A stretch of DNA of 56,695 nucleotides from Octopus bimaculoides. Lineage: Eukaryota. The notes under the pieces are model-generated. The model saw only the letters and a list, made by a program, of their open reading frames with translations, did no database searches and had not been told where the DNA came from. Numbering within the stretch: position 1 is the stretch's first letter; every line of letters starts with the position of its first letter. Of the stretch, positions 23,625-35,704 are shown piece after piece. Location: positions 25,794,570-25,851,264 of the forward strand of contig NC_069006.1 of assembly GCF_001194135.2 (NCBI RefSeq). The letters are read 5' to 3'. The position numbers and the translations under genes were made by a program.

Positions 23625-24105
23625 TACTCCTTACTTCCTTCCCTCTTATCCCTAGGCTCTCTCTCTCTCTGTCTCTCTCTCTCTGTCTCTCTGTCTCTCT
23701 GTCTCTCTCTCTCTCTGTCTCTCTCTGTCTCTCTCTCTCTCTGTCTCGCTCTCTCTCTCCAACTCTCTCTTACCCTCCTACTACTCATTTCTCTTTCCTT
23801 TCCCCCCTATTACTCCTCTTTCTCTCCCTCCCTCTTACCTTCATCTCTCTTTCTCTCCCCTCCCGCCTTCTTACCCTCACCCTCTCTCTCTCCCCTTCTC
23901 CCTATATTCTCATTTCCCTCCCCCCTCTTACCCCTCATACCCTCTCTCTCTACATTTATTTTATTCTCACCTTTTCCCTGAAACATTTTCCTCTCTCTCT
24001 CTCTCTCTCTCTACCTTTCCACATCTTCTCACCTTTCCTTTCCTTCTCCTTTATCCTACCTTTACTCTTCTTTCTCCTCTTTCTCTGTCTAATCTTCTCT
24101 ATAAG
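23625..24105. repeat. About 480-bp polypyrimidine (CT/CCT/CTGT) tract
   Basis: Directly visible. Confidence 0.85.
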
Positions 24106-24109
24106 GTTG

Positions 24110-24150
<41 letters not shown>

Positions 24151-24152
<2 letters not shown>

Positions 24153-24299
24153 GATGGGCTTCTTTCAGTTTCTGTCTACCCAATCCACTCACAAAGCTTT
24201 GGTCAGCCTGAGGCTATAGTAGAATAAACTTGCCCAAGGTGCCACGCAGTGGACCATGTGGATGGCAAGCAAACTACGTACCACATGGCCACTCCTGTA
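24151..24299 (-). mobile_element. SINE family A head module
   Basis: gggcttctttcagtttctgtctacc...ttgcccaaggtgccacgcagtgg...accacatggccactcctg. Confidence 0.85.
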
Positions 24300-25057
24300 T
24301 TCATATTTTTTTAGATTTTAATTATTTCTGTGGGAGGTTTTGAAACATGACACCCGCGATAGTCGTGGGATTACTGTATACTTAATTGATAGTCAATCAC
24401 TCAACTAATAGCTAGTGGGCACCTAAGATGACTGGCTTATTGTCCCTTCATTTAGATGAGGGCTGCTTGGAAAGCAAAGGTCCTGCTGGGTCTCCTGACT
24501 CTGCTGTTACACACCCTCATTGTAAGCATGGATTCCAGACCAAAATTGGTCCAACAACCCACTTCTAGACCCACAAAGTATAAAGCTGACAACCTGGTCA
24601 TGTTCAACTAAAGTTCTCTGAAGAGGTTGCCCCAGCATGGCCACAGTCTAATGACTGAAACAGGCAAAAGAGGAAAGACTTATATGTAGTGTGTTTATGT
24701 GTTTGAGTGTTTGTGTTTGTGCATGTGTGTGTGTGTTTGTGCACATGTGTTTGTGCATGTGCATGTGTGTTTGTGCATGTGTGTGGGTGAAATTTCTAGT
24801 TCTTTGGGTACACACTTGTGTAATTATCTTCATCCCTGCTGTAAGGTTAGGGAAGAGGGGAGTAACCCTGTCTCCTGTCCCCTCTGTCTTCTTTTCAGCC
24901 TCACCCTAGAGAAAATGTGATGAACACCACCCACCCCCACCCAATCTTTCAGATATCTCTCGTAGAAGAAGAACCATTTACAAGGTAATGTTTTGATTCT
25001 CTATAGAATTCTCTGGAGTAGCACTAGGACGTGTGTGTGTGTCTTTGTGTGTGTGTG

Positions 25058-25106
<49 letters not shown>

Positions 25107-25530
25107 NNNNNNNNNNNNNNNNNNNNNNNNNNNNNNNNNNNNNNNNNNNNNNNNNNNNNNNNNNNNNNNNNNNNNNNNNNNNNNNNNNNNNNNNNNNNNN
25201 NNNNNNNNNNNNNNNNNNNNNNNNNNNNNNNNNNNNNNNNNNNNNNNNNNNNNNNNNNNNNNNNNNNNNNNNNNNNNNNNNNNNNNNNNNNNNNNNNNNN
25301 NNNNNNNNNNNNNNNNNNNNNNNNNNNNNNNNNNNNNNNNNNNNNNNNNNNNNNNNNNNNNNNNNNNNNNNNNNNNNNNNNNNNNNNNNNNNNNNNNNNN
25401 NNNNNNNNNNNNNNNNNNNNNNNNNNNNNNNNNNNNNNNNNNATATATATATATATATAAATACGCACACATAGATATATGTATTTATATATATATGCAT
25501 ATATATATATATATATACATCTGTGTGTTA

Positions 25531-25943
25531 TTCTTTAACTTGTTTCAGTCATTTGACTGTGGCCATGCTGGAGCACCACTTTTAGTTGAAGAAATCAACC
25601 CCAGGACTTATTCTTTGTAAGCCTAGTACTTATTCTATTGGTCTCTTTTGGCGAAATGCTAAGTTACAGGGAGGTAAACACACCAACATCAGTTGTCAAG
25701 TGATGGTGGGGGGACAAACACAGACACACAAACATATACATATATGCGTGTATGTATAAATATATATGTATATGTGTGTGTGTATGCGACAGGCTTCTTT
25801 CAGTTTCTCTCTACCAAATCCACTCCCAAGGCTTTGGTTGGCCCAGGGCTATAGTAGAAGACACTTGCTGAAGATGCCATGCAGTGGGACTGAACCAGGA
25901 ACCATGTGGTTGGGAAGCAACCTTCTTACCACACAGTCACACC
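25531..25943 (-). mobile_element. SINE family A, full length
   Basis: Reverse complement colinear with 16402-16795, including the central microsatellite. Confidence 0.9.
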
Positions 25944-25977
25944 TACACACACACACACACGCACACACACACACACA

Positions 25978-26040
<63 letters not shown>

Positions 26041-26661
26041 TATGCGCACGTTTACTTGTGTCTATGTGTGTGTGTGTGTGTATGTGTGTGTACATAACTG
26101 CTTATAAAAACACAACTGCATTTTGTATTCGTTGCTATTTTTCACAGGTTTGGTGCCAAACAGATTAACTTTCTGTTGCACACGTTTCAACACCACCTGG
26201 TTTCATGTTTTAATTCCTTTCCTCCATTCAAATTCCAAACTTATGTCATTTATACCAGTAATATCTTCAGGACCACTCATATACATAATTAATTCAGTTT
26301 TTTCTTAATTCTCAGCTGTGATCACCAAATCCCATTTCCTAAATTAGATTAACCTTTATGTAAACCTTACACAGGATGTCTTAGGAATTTGGTAATTTTC
26401 TTTCTCTTGTTCTGCCCCACCCCCTTGCTTCCGGAATCTACTGAATTCTTCACATTCAGCAATGGTGTAATGTTGTTTCACTACAGTTGTAGGAACCAAC
26501 TACGGCATTATTAAATAGCAGTTATTGTAATTTGCAGACAATTACATATTCTCTTTGTTTACTCAACAATGGTTGGTATCACGGTTCCTCCTCCTCCCCA
26601 TCATCATCATCTTCTTCTTCTTCTTACCCCCCACCTCTAAAATTACTGGTCTTGTGCCTAA

Positions 26662-26900
26662 ATTATTATTATTATTATTATTCGGTTGTCCTATTCTTAT
26701 CACATGCTTTCACTGCACTACTGAGCGCAGCTCTGTGTGCCTTGGGTATGTGCTGTGGTTTGTTGTGATGTTCTTATTTTCACTGTATTGAAAGTGTTTT
26801 ATGTATGATGTGTGCGGTGCCTAGTAGTGCTATTTTCTGTATGTTATATATTCTTGTTAGTCCTGGTGTTTTTATGTATTTGTCTGTGTGTTTTGGCGTA
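26662..26900 (-). mobile_element. R4/Dong-clade LINE 3' end ending in (TAA)n
   Basis: Minus strand 26896-26780 is an intact frame PKHTDKYIKTPGLTRIYNIQKIALLGTAHIIHKTLSIQ*, matching the R4/Dong C-terminal QK..LLGTA.I.RK.L motif; about 100-bp UTR, then (TAA)7 at 26682-26662. Confidence 0.85.
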
Positions 26901-29454
26901 TCCCGTAGAATAAAAGAATATATATAAAGTGAGAGAGAGAGAGAGAGAGAGATGTATGTATTTATCTGTCTATTTTTTGTTTACTCTAGAAATAAAAAGC
27001 TTATGGAATAATTATCACAATGAAAATTACGTCTCATAATAGTTTTAATTAAAAGCAATTATAACAGATTAGTTGCTTAATCCTGTTTTAGTATCAATGC
27101 AGCATATAATTAGTTATACTATTAGCTATAATAAAATATTAGCTGAGTCTCATTATTTTGATGTCTGTCTTCTAACATAATGATACACCTCTCTGGTTTG
27201 GCTGAAATATATGCAAGAAATAATGCAGAGCTGGCTGTGTGGTTAAGTAGTTTGCTTTGTAACCATTAGGTTTCAGGTTCAGTCTCACTGAGTGGCTCTT
27301 TTGAGGACATCTGGGCATCGAGTAACTCCATCGTCTTTTGTAACACTTTCTATCTTGGAAACTTTCATCGTGTTGACATCATTTATTATAACTTGCTATG
27401 TCTGTGAATGATGTAATACATGTATATGTATGATTGTTGGGGGTAGGGGGAGGAATAATGTGGCAGGGGGGGAGAGTGGAAAGCTGAAAGACGAGCATGA
27501 TAGAATGTCTGAGAGAGATGGGGGGGGAGAGAGAGAGAGAGAGAACATGGTGACACATGGAATAGGTGTGGCATTGTATCACGTAACAAAATGGAAATGC
27601 CTTCAATATATTGTATGACCAATGGGCTTGATAAGAAAACAATATCTTGTTTGTTTATGCTTTTATCTTTTGTCGGAGTTGTAAATTCATTCTTGAAGTA
27701 ACGACAGAGAAATACTAGGGAAGGCAAAGTAGAATTGGTCCTTTGTTGAGACAGATGTATGGGGACCCTGTAAATCTAAGAGCATAAAGTTTCCAGAATT
27801 TGGTGGAACAATTATTATCATGGTTTATGCTTCTCTGTGTTCTCAGGGGATGCCTCTCCATAATTGGTCTCATTTGATGTTCTGTAATGGTTCCAACTTT
27901 TATTTTGGCTCCTGTCAAACTGGAATATCTTTTATCTTCTGCTTGTTTCAGGCATTAGACTGTGACCATGCTGGGGCACCTGTTTGAAGAATTTTTAAGA
28001 CAATTTAGTGTGATTTGGTTGCTATTTCTAGCAGGTATATTACTGCCTAGAAAGAAGCTCCTTTGCCAAGTTTGCTAACAATTCTGCCAGATCGCTGCCT
28101 TCATCCCTATTTATATATTACCTGCTGTTATTTATAGCTGTAGCCACTTTGAGAATCACTGTTAAAATGGTTTTATATATATATATATATATAAAACAAA
28201 AGCAAGGGGGGAAACAAATAAAAACCTAATGAGAGAACCAAATCAATATGTTATGTCTTGAAAGAGAAAGAATGAGATATTGATTTTACAGCCGCTTTCA
28301 AAAACCCTCCCTCCTTTCTATTTCTCTTTATATACATTTCCCCCTTCTCTTGCCCTTTTCCTCCCATCTATCTTGACAAAGGACAAACTGCCCAAAATAT
28401 CAGTTATTCTTCCTTTCCTTCACCATGTAACACATTGGCCTTATGCTTCCGTCCATCATCTTTTTTTTTTCTCTTTTCTTTTCCTTGTTTTTTTTTGCTT
28501 TTATTTCTCAGTTTCTCCTCTGGATGTCTTATCTGATTGATTACAGCACTTTATTTCTTCATAAAAAGTTCCCCTCTGTAGAAGACACATGTACTAAAGA
28601 TGGCTTAAAGAGGAAGATTTATCGAAAGCAACAAAAAAAAAAAAGTCCTCACACCTACTGGTCTTTGTAGGATGTGGCCAAGCGAAGGAAATGGGGTTAG
28701 GATTGCTTTTGGGGAATAAAAAAACTGGGTTTGTCTCAACAAACACATGTTAAAATGTTGGTGAAGGAAGCAATAGTATTTTTTACCCTACTTCCTGACA
28801 ATACGTCTGTTGCTGTGCTTTGTGCAAAGGGATGCAGAAGAAGGCGTGCTTGTAAATGTATGCTTCCAGCATTTTAGGGGCTTTTGCATAACAGCCAGTG
28901 TTTTAATGAAGGAATACGTGCATACCTAGCTCTTGGAATCTGGCACACATGGCTCGGGGACTGATCAAAATTGCAAATGCGTGTGTGCTTGCGTGTGTGC
29001 ATGCTTGTGTGTGTGTGTGTGTGTGTGTGCAATCGTAATCCTTCCACTTCAGATGTTGTCAAATACATTTATATTTCATAATTAGTTCTACACACACAAA
29101 AATCACTGCACAAATATGTAATAATAATAATAATAATAATGATCATAATAACAATAATGGTAATAATAATGGTAGTAATAATAGTAATGGTAGTAATAAT
29201 AACAATAATGATATTAATCATATGCTACTGTATTGGTATTCATATAATTATAAAAAATGTATAAACAATTTTAGCTTATGCGTTTCACATTCAGATATAA
29301 ACTACTCTCTCTCTCACACACACATATATTTGTACATTTAGATACACATACACCCACCCGCATATGTTCTTTGTTAATTTCTCATTAAGATTTTGTTCTC
29401 GACATTCATAAGTGAATTAATTAAAAAAATTCAGACCTACTGCCTCCATATTGA

Positions 29455-29615
29455 AGAACCTCCACCACCACCACCAACACCACCACCACCACCATCATCG
29501 TCACCACCATCATCATTTTCATCATCATCATCATCATCATCGTCACCACCACCACCATCATTACCATCACCACCATTTTCATTGTCATCATCATCATCAT
29601 CAGCAGCAGCAGCAA
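29455..29615. repeat. (CAC/CAT/CAG)n compound tract
   Basis: Directly visible. Confidence 0.85.
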
Positions 29616-29683
29616 TTATACTTCACCTGATAAAATCAATGTTTGTCATTGATCTCTCTCCCTCTCTCTCTCTCTCTCACTCA

Positions 29684-29728
<45 letters not shown>

Positions 29729-30279
29729 CCCCCTCCTTCTCTATGCCTCCATTCTTCTGCAATAATTGTCAAATAGTTGTCATTGTCATCGTGTTGTTTA
29801 TTATCTGCCGTTTATGGAAGACACCACACGATGGAATCAATAAACTCATTAGTCTCATGTTCGTTATCAATAATTAATGATAACATCATCATCACCATCA
29901 CCAAAATTGTCACCATCGTTAATTTCATGCTCACCGCATGGATGGTCTCTTGATTTGCTAGAAATAGCAGTCAAACTCCTAATTCCACCCTACTGTCTTG
30001 GAAGCAAACACATGGAATATGGTCTTGGAAAAGACAGGATGGGCATGGCTAGTATGGCTGCTAAGTTAGGGACGACCTAGGGCTAAACCACAAAAATAAC
30101 CACTCAAGGGAGCCTCTATGCACTAATACACCTGCTAGAAATAGCGACCAAACCACACTAAAGTGTTTTAGAAGTGGATGGACACATAAAATAATTATCA
30201 AAATCCTTGTCATCTCTTTTTCTATTTCTATTTTCAACTTTTTTTTTTCTCTTAGACTATATTAGCATCATTAACAGGG

Positions 30280-30446
30280 TTCACATCTGAATTTGTGGCA
30301 CTCATGCCTCTGCCGAGGTCAGCTTTGCCTTTCATCCTTTCAGGGTCGATAAAACAAATAGCACTGAGACAATGGGACCAATTTAATCAACTTGTCCCCT
30401 CCTGCCAAATTTCAGGCCTGGTGCCTATGGTAGAAAGGATTATTAG
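30280..30446 (+). mobile_element. SINE family B, 5'-degenerate
   Basis: ctgccgaggtcagctttgcctttcatcctttcagggtcgataaaa...aatttcaggcctggtgcctatggtagaaaggattatt. Confidence 0.8.
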
Positions 30447-30696
30447 CTCTGGAGATAAAATGGTTTCAATTAGGAAAACGAAAAGGTGTGACAGATGTCT
30501 CCATGTCAGTGATTGGGCAGTTTTGACAGCATTATAGTCCCCCCCCCCCATCAGCAGAGAATACACTGGGGCCCTCACAGAGCTACAGCTTATATAGGTT
30601 AAAACTGGGGCCCTAATCAAATGACACTCCTGATAATATCTCAATACCTTAAGATGACTGGTGGCTGATCCCTACCTTGAACTCAATGAGTGACTA

Positions 30697-30926
30697 GGAA
30701 ACCTCTACATGGTTGCTTGACATGCTGGAATCAGTAGCCAAATTCCTTCAAAGTATTCACTGTAGTTTTTAAAAAGGGAAGGACTCTTTGAACAATGTAT
30801 CCTTGGATAGCATAAAAGACTGAATGTTCTCAAATGTAATATCTTTAATCATAAGTCTTCTTGGTCATAAGTCTTGTCAGTCGTAAATCATCTTGATCAG
30901 TGCTGATTTAAGATCAAGCAACAACG
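30697..30926 (+). mobile_element. Dispersed repeat family D ((AAC)n-tailed, unclassified)
   Basis: cctctacatgg...cagtagccaaattccttcaaa...gacaatgt-like block...caagcaacaac; homologous to 34227-34410 and 52005-52205. Confidence 0.55.
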
Positions 30927-30949
30927 TTGACCTCATGATGTTAGAATAT

Positions 30950-31230
30950 TCTTCATCATCATCATCACCACCACCACCACCACCACCACCATAATCATCA
31001 TTCTCATCATCGTCATCATCAATATCACCACCAACACTACTACCGCTGCCACCACCACCACCACCATCATTTTCACCATCATTTTCACCATCATCATCAT
31101 CATCAATACTGCTACTGCCACCACTACCACCATTGTCATCATCAACATCAGACTCACCCCACCACCACCACCACCACCATTCCTGCTATCTTGACGCCCA
31201 TAATCTACCATCAGCATCATCATCATGATG
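30950..31230. repeat. (CAT/CAC)n compound tract
   Basis: Directly visible. Confidence 0.85.
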
Positions 31231-31772
31231 TGGATTTACTTGATAAGTGAAAACTCATTAGGAGAGAGCCTCTATGTGGTCATTTGACTTGCAAGAAATA
31301 GCAGCCATATATATATCTTTTACAACTCACAGTCTGCTATATTAGCTGTGAGTCTCTACCTCTACACATTTAATTATGGAATCGGTCACAGCCGGCTGTC
31401 TAAAGTAAGGACAGAAATAAAGACAAGAGGGTCATGGTTAGAATTTGCTCAGAGGTCTGCTCAGCCAGACTTGACCTGGGGTTAAACAACAACAACAGCA
31501 ATAACCTGAGTGTGGGTGTGTGTGCATGTGCTTGTGTGTGTACGAGAGTGTGTGTGTTTATGTGTGTGAGAATGAGAGAGAGAGAGAGAGAGAGAGTGCG
31601 TGCATGTGTGTTTTGTCTGTGTTTCTTCCCTGGGGGCAAAATATCTTTTACAAGGATTTGAACTTACATTACCAGTATCACTAAGCATTTTGGATGTAAT
31701 TCAAGACACACACGTGTGTGTGTGTGTGCATGTTAACACTTGTTTCTGGGTGTATATGTGTGTGTGTGTGTA

Positions 31773-31841
<69 letters not shown>

Positions 31842-32602
31842 TTATAATGTTACTTTTGGTTATCTGTGGAACATGTAATATTTACATTATATATGTATAT
31901 ATGTGTATGTGTATATATATATATGTGTATATATGTATGCGTGTATATATATATATGTGTGTGTGTATGTGTGTGTGTGTATATAATCTTGCATGTGTGC
32001 ATGGATGTATGTGTAGTATGTGCCTGTAAGTGAAGTACATGTGAGCATGTCTACAGGCATGTGTGTGTGTGTGTGTGTGTAAACGTGTGATGATTGGAGG
32101 GTGGAGAGGTAGAGAGAAAGAATGAGATCAACAGGGTGGAATTAGAATTTNNNNNNNNNNGGGGTAGGAGGAGAAGGCTGTAAGACAAGTGAGAACAGGA
32201 AGGAAAGAGGTGAAGGAGGGGAAGGAAGAGGAGGAGGGAGAAAAAAGATGGGGAGGCTGAGAGAGAGAGAGAGAGAGAGAGAAGAAAGTAAAGTTGAGTG
32301 TGTAAGGGGTTTGGGGAGAGAGGTAGGGGCAGAGGTGGCAAGTTAGAAGAGGAGTATAGAGGCAAATTGATGAGGTTTCTTAGAAGAGAAGGGAAGTCTA
32401 TGACTACATATAGGTGCATTCTCTTACTTACTGGAACACATACGCACACATAGTAACAACACGTACACACACACACATATATATATACATATATATATAT
32501 TTATATATTTATATACATACAGAAACATACACCTACTTCTATGTATGTGGAGCATAAGGTGAGAGAGTGACTGGAGGTTAGTGTGTCCGCCCGAGGGAGG
32601 AT

Positions 32603-32729
32603 ATGTATGCGAAAAGCCCTTTGTCACACACTTCGGAGGATGCGGAGATTCTTTACGATGAAGACTTGGATATCGATGCTAACATTGGGATTCTAGGACT
32701 TAGCAAACAACTCTACACAAATGGAATCG
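32603..32729 (+). CDS. Candidate first or 5' coding exon
   Basis: CpG-enriched unique segment ending at consensus donor TCG|gtaagt; ATG at 32603 gives MYAKSPLSHTSEDAEILYDEDLDIDANIGILGLSKQLYTNGI (phase 1); no clear acceptor; protein not recognised. Confidence 0.35.
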
Positions 32730-33418
32730 GTAAGTACAGCAAACAAAACCAGCAAGCATGAGAAAGAGAGAGAGAGAGAGAGGTTTGGTTGTAGCGGGTG
32801 ACAATAACAGCCATATCAACAAGAAAATCCTTGTTCCTTCTTAAAACTTTTTTCGGTTGCTGCTGTCTTCCTGCCCTCTCTCATCTCCATGTCGCTTGAA
32901 TAAAAATGTAGATGTGTGTGTGTGTATATATATATATATATGTGTATATATATATATTTATATGTATATGTATGTGTGTGTTTTGTTGAGAGGACGAATT
33001 GTAAAGGAACTGCCATTTTGTAAAAGTATCATTGTAAAATATTTCGGTGGGAGAGTAAATCTGCTAGGGGCTCATATTTCATCAGGCTATGTGGTTCTTT
33101 GCTACAAAAAAAAAAAAGAAAAAAAAGCCTGTAAAACTTTGGTACTTCCCACTAAATTTCATTGATAAAGCTAGTTGTGACAACTGTGGCCTCAACCTGG
33201 GCCCTTGTGAGGATTTGAAGTTTATCAATGGAAAATTAATGAAGTTCTCATCTAAACCTATTCGACATATTATTGAAACATGAGCCCTAATATATCTCTG
33301 TCCCCTTCTATCTCTGTTATACTCTGCTTGTTGTTATTGCTGTCATCATTTCACATTCTTCGTCTTTTTCTCCTCTATCATTATCATTATCATCATTATT
33401 GTTGTTCACCTCTAGCTG

Positions 33419-33451
<33 letters not shown>

Positions 33452-33711
33452 CTTCTTCTTTGTATAAACACATAACTTGTATGTATGTATGTTTGAATGT
33501 ATTTATAAAATTATTGTCATGTTTGAAAAGTTTTGCATGCTTTTCAAGTTTACAGAGAGAAAGGAAGAGTTTATCATAATCTCCGGGTACCATCATATAT
33601 ATGTGTGTGTGTGTGTATATATGGTTATACACACATACTTACATGTAATACATTCGCATGCATATATTTGACTATGAAAAATTCTTCATTTTGGAATCTT
33701 TCTGATTATTC

Positions 33712-33800
33712 TTAATACCAAAGTTAGTACTGGAGTCAACACAATTGACTGTTCCTTTCGCCCAAATTCCTGGCCCTCTTATGCCTTTGTAAAACTATTA
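33712..33800 (+). mobile_element. SINE family B 3' half, degenerate
   Basis: taccaaagttagtactggagtcaac...cccaaattcctggccctcttatgcctttgtaaaactattatcatc. Confidence 0.55.
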
Positions 33801-33828
33801 TCATCATCATCATCATTAGTATTAATTA

Positions 33829-34035
33829 GGGTGGTGAGCTGGTAAAGTTGTTAGCAGCTGGGCAAAGCCAGGTATTTTGTCCGTTCAAATTCTGCCAAGG
33901 TTGACTTTGCCTTTCATCCTTTCGGGGTTGATAAATTATGTACCAGTGAAATGCTGGGATCGATGAAATCAATAAATTCCTTCCCCTAACATTTCAGGCC
34001 TTGTGCCTCTAGTAGAAAGGATTATTATTATTATT
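33829..34035 (+). mobile_element. SINE family B, full length with (ATT)5 tail
   Basis: ggtggtgagctgg...gttcaaattctgccaaggttgactttgcctttcatcctttcgggg...tagtagaaaggattattattattatt. Confidence 0.88.
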
Positions 34036-34038
34036 AAC

Positions 34039-34140
34039 GCAGTGAGCTGGCAGAGTCGTTAGCACGCTGGGCAAAATGCTTTGTGACATTTCGTCCTTCC
34101 TTACGTTCTGGGTTCAAATTCTTCTGAAGTTGACTTTGCT
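34039..34140 (+). mobile_element. SINE family B 5' half, joined to a family A 3' tip (34141-34186)
   Basis: gcagtgagctggcagagtcgttagcacgctgggcaaaatgc...gttgactttgct then ccagtatgaccatagtctaatgattgaaaccagtaaaagataaag. Confidence 0.8.
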
Positions 34141-34226
34141 CCAGTATGACCATAGTCTAATGATTGAAACCAGTAAAAGATAAAGGCCAACAATATTATC
34201 AGCAACGTCCATGTTAATGAGTTCAC

Positions 34227-34420
34227 AACAGAGCCTCTGTGTGATCGTTAGCTTTGCTAGAAACAATAGCTAAATCTCCTTCAAATCATAACTTTTACCA
34301 TCTTTGATAAGGACGACACATTGGACAGTGTATTCCTGGATATTCAAAAAGGCAGGATGGTCATGGCTAGTGATCATGGGACTGTTTGAACATGGCTGAC
34401 CTGGGGTTAAACAGTGACAA
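34227..34420 (+). mobile_element. Dispersed repeat family D
   Basis: cagagcctctgtgtg...gctagaaacaatagctaaatctccttcaaatc...ggatggtcatggctag...gctgacctggggttaaacag. Confidence 0.65.
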
Positions 34421-35573
34421 CAGGGACAACAGGTGAGGTGAGAGTTGGTGCCAATATTCAATGCATACATACATATTTACACACACACACACACACACAT
34501 CATTGTGCATTCCTATATCAAGAGACAAGCTGCCATCAGCAACGAATGGTTTTGAACAGAAACAGTTCAATTAAGAGAAAATACTTGAAAGGAAATATCT
34601 TTGAGAAATAAAACAAAAAATTAGCAGCAGTTATAATCATTGCCTCACAATATTAATTGAGTTATTTAATATTTTGTTAATGAGTAGAGTTAATTAAAAA
34701 TATACAGCCTTCTGATATGGAGCTCATGTGATAATGTTTGTAGACAGCAGTATACAACTATTGTTACTCTTTGTACTCTGTGCTATACTCTATTTCTGTG
34801 CTAATGTCTGCTGTCTGATATTTATAGAATTTTGTAGCCTAGTGGTTAAGGTGTTTGTCTCCTGGTCATGAAATCGTGGGTTCAGTTTCTTGACCGGCTG
34901 CTATGTTGTGCCTTTGAGCAGGGCACTTTATTTCCCCACAGGTCTCCAGCTTACTCAGCTGCCAATCAGTCCCAATCAACTGTTGCTGCAGCCCTTTTTA
35001 CCCCTTTACCACTCAGATCCTGGGGCTGTCACTAGTCCCTGAGTGAGTCCAAGAAGATGATTGTTTTTTTCTCATGACTACACAGGCACATGAAACTATA
35101 AGTGAAAGCATGGTACAGCTTGTTACCCAGTTGTCCTCTCTCTTGCAAGTGATGGCTATGCTGTACAATGAATGGTTTTCTATACTTATATCATGCATAC
35201 ACTTATGTGTGTTCCTTTGTATGTTTGTCTGCCACTGACACTTGACAGCCAGTGTTGGTTTGTTTACATCCAGATGACTTAGTGTTGATTTGTTTGATTA
35301 AACCAGTGCTTCCCAGCTATTGTAAATTGCACAGATCTTTTCCACTATTATGTCGCCATGAAACACACATAGTCTATTATTCACTTCTGTTTTTATAAAT
35401 TTACTAAACTGAATTAAATTTTTAATCTAATATTTTATAGATTTTATGGATTATAGATTTTCTTTTGGATTTTATAGTTTTTTAAATCAGTATTTTGAAG
35501 GGTACGCTTTTCTTGATGGTGTCTGATATCCTTCATTGTTTGGATTGCATCTTGGTGGTTCTTCTCTAAATTA

Positions 35574-35620
<47 letters not shown>

Positions 35621-35621
35621 A

Positions 35622-35652
<31 letters not shown>

Positions 35653-35704
35653 GTATTTGCCGTATTCCCTTCCATATCGGCTAGCTATATATATATATTT
35701 ATTT

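Noticed and set aside
26148-26200. Acceptor ttttcacag| followed by FGAKQINFLLHTFQHHL
   Set aside because: Phase-compatible with frame B of the 17960 exon, but there is no convincing donor
27749-27800. TDVWGP resembling the copia integrase SDVWGP motif
   Set aside because: Five-residue match with no flanking integrase motifs or LTRs
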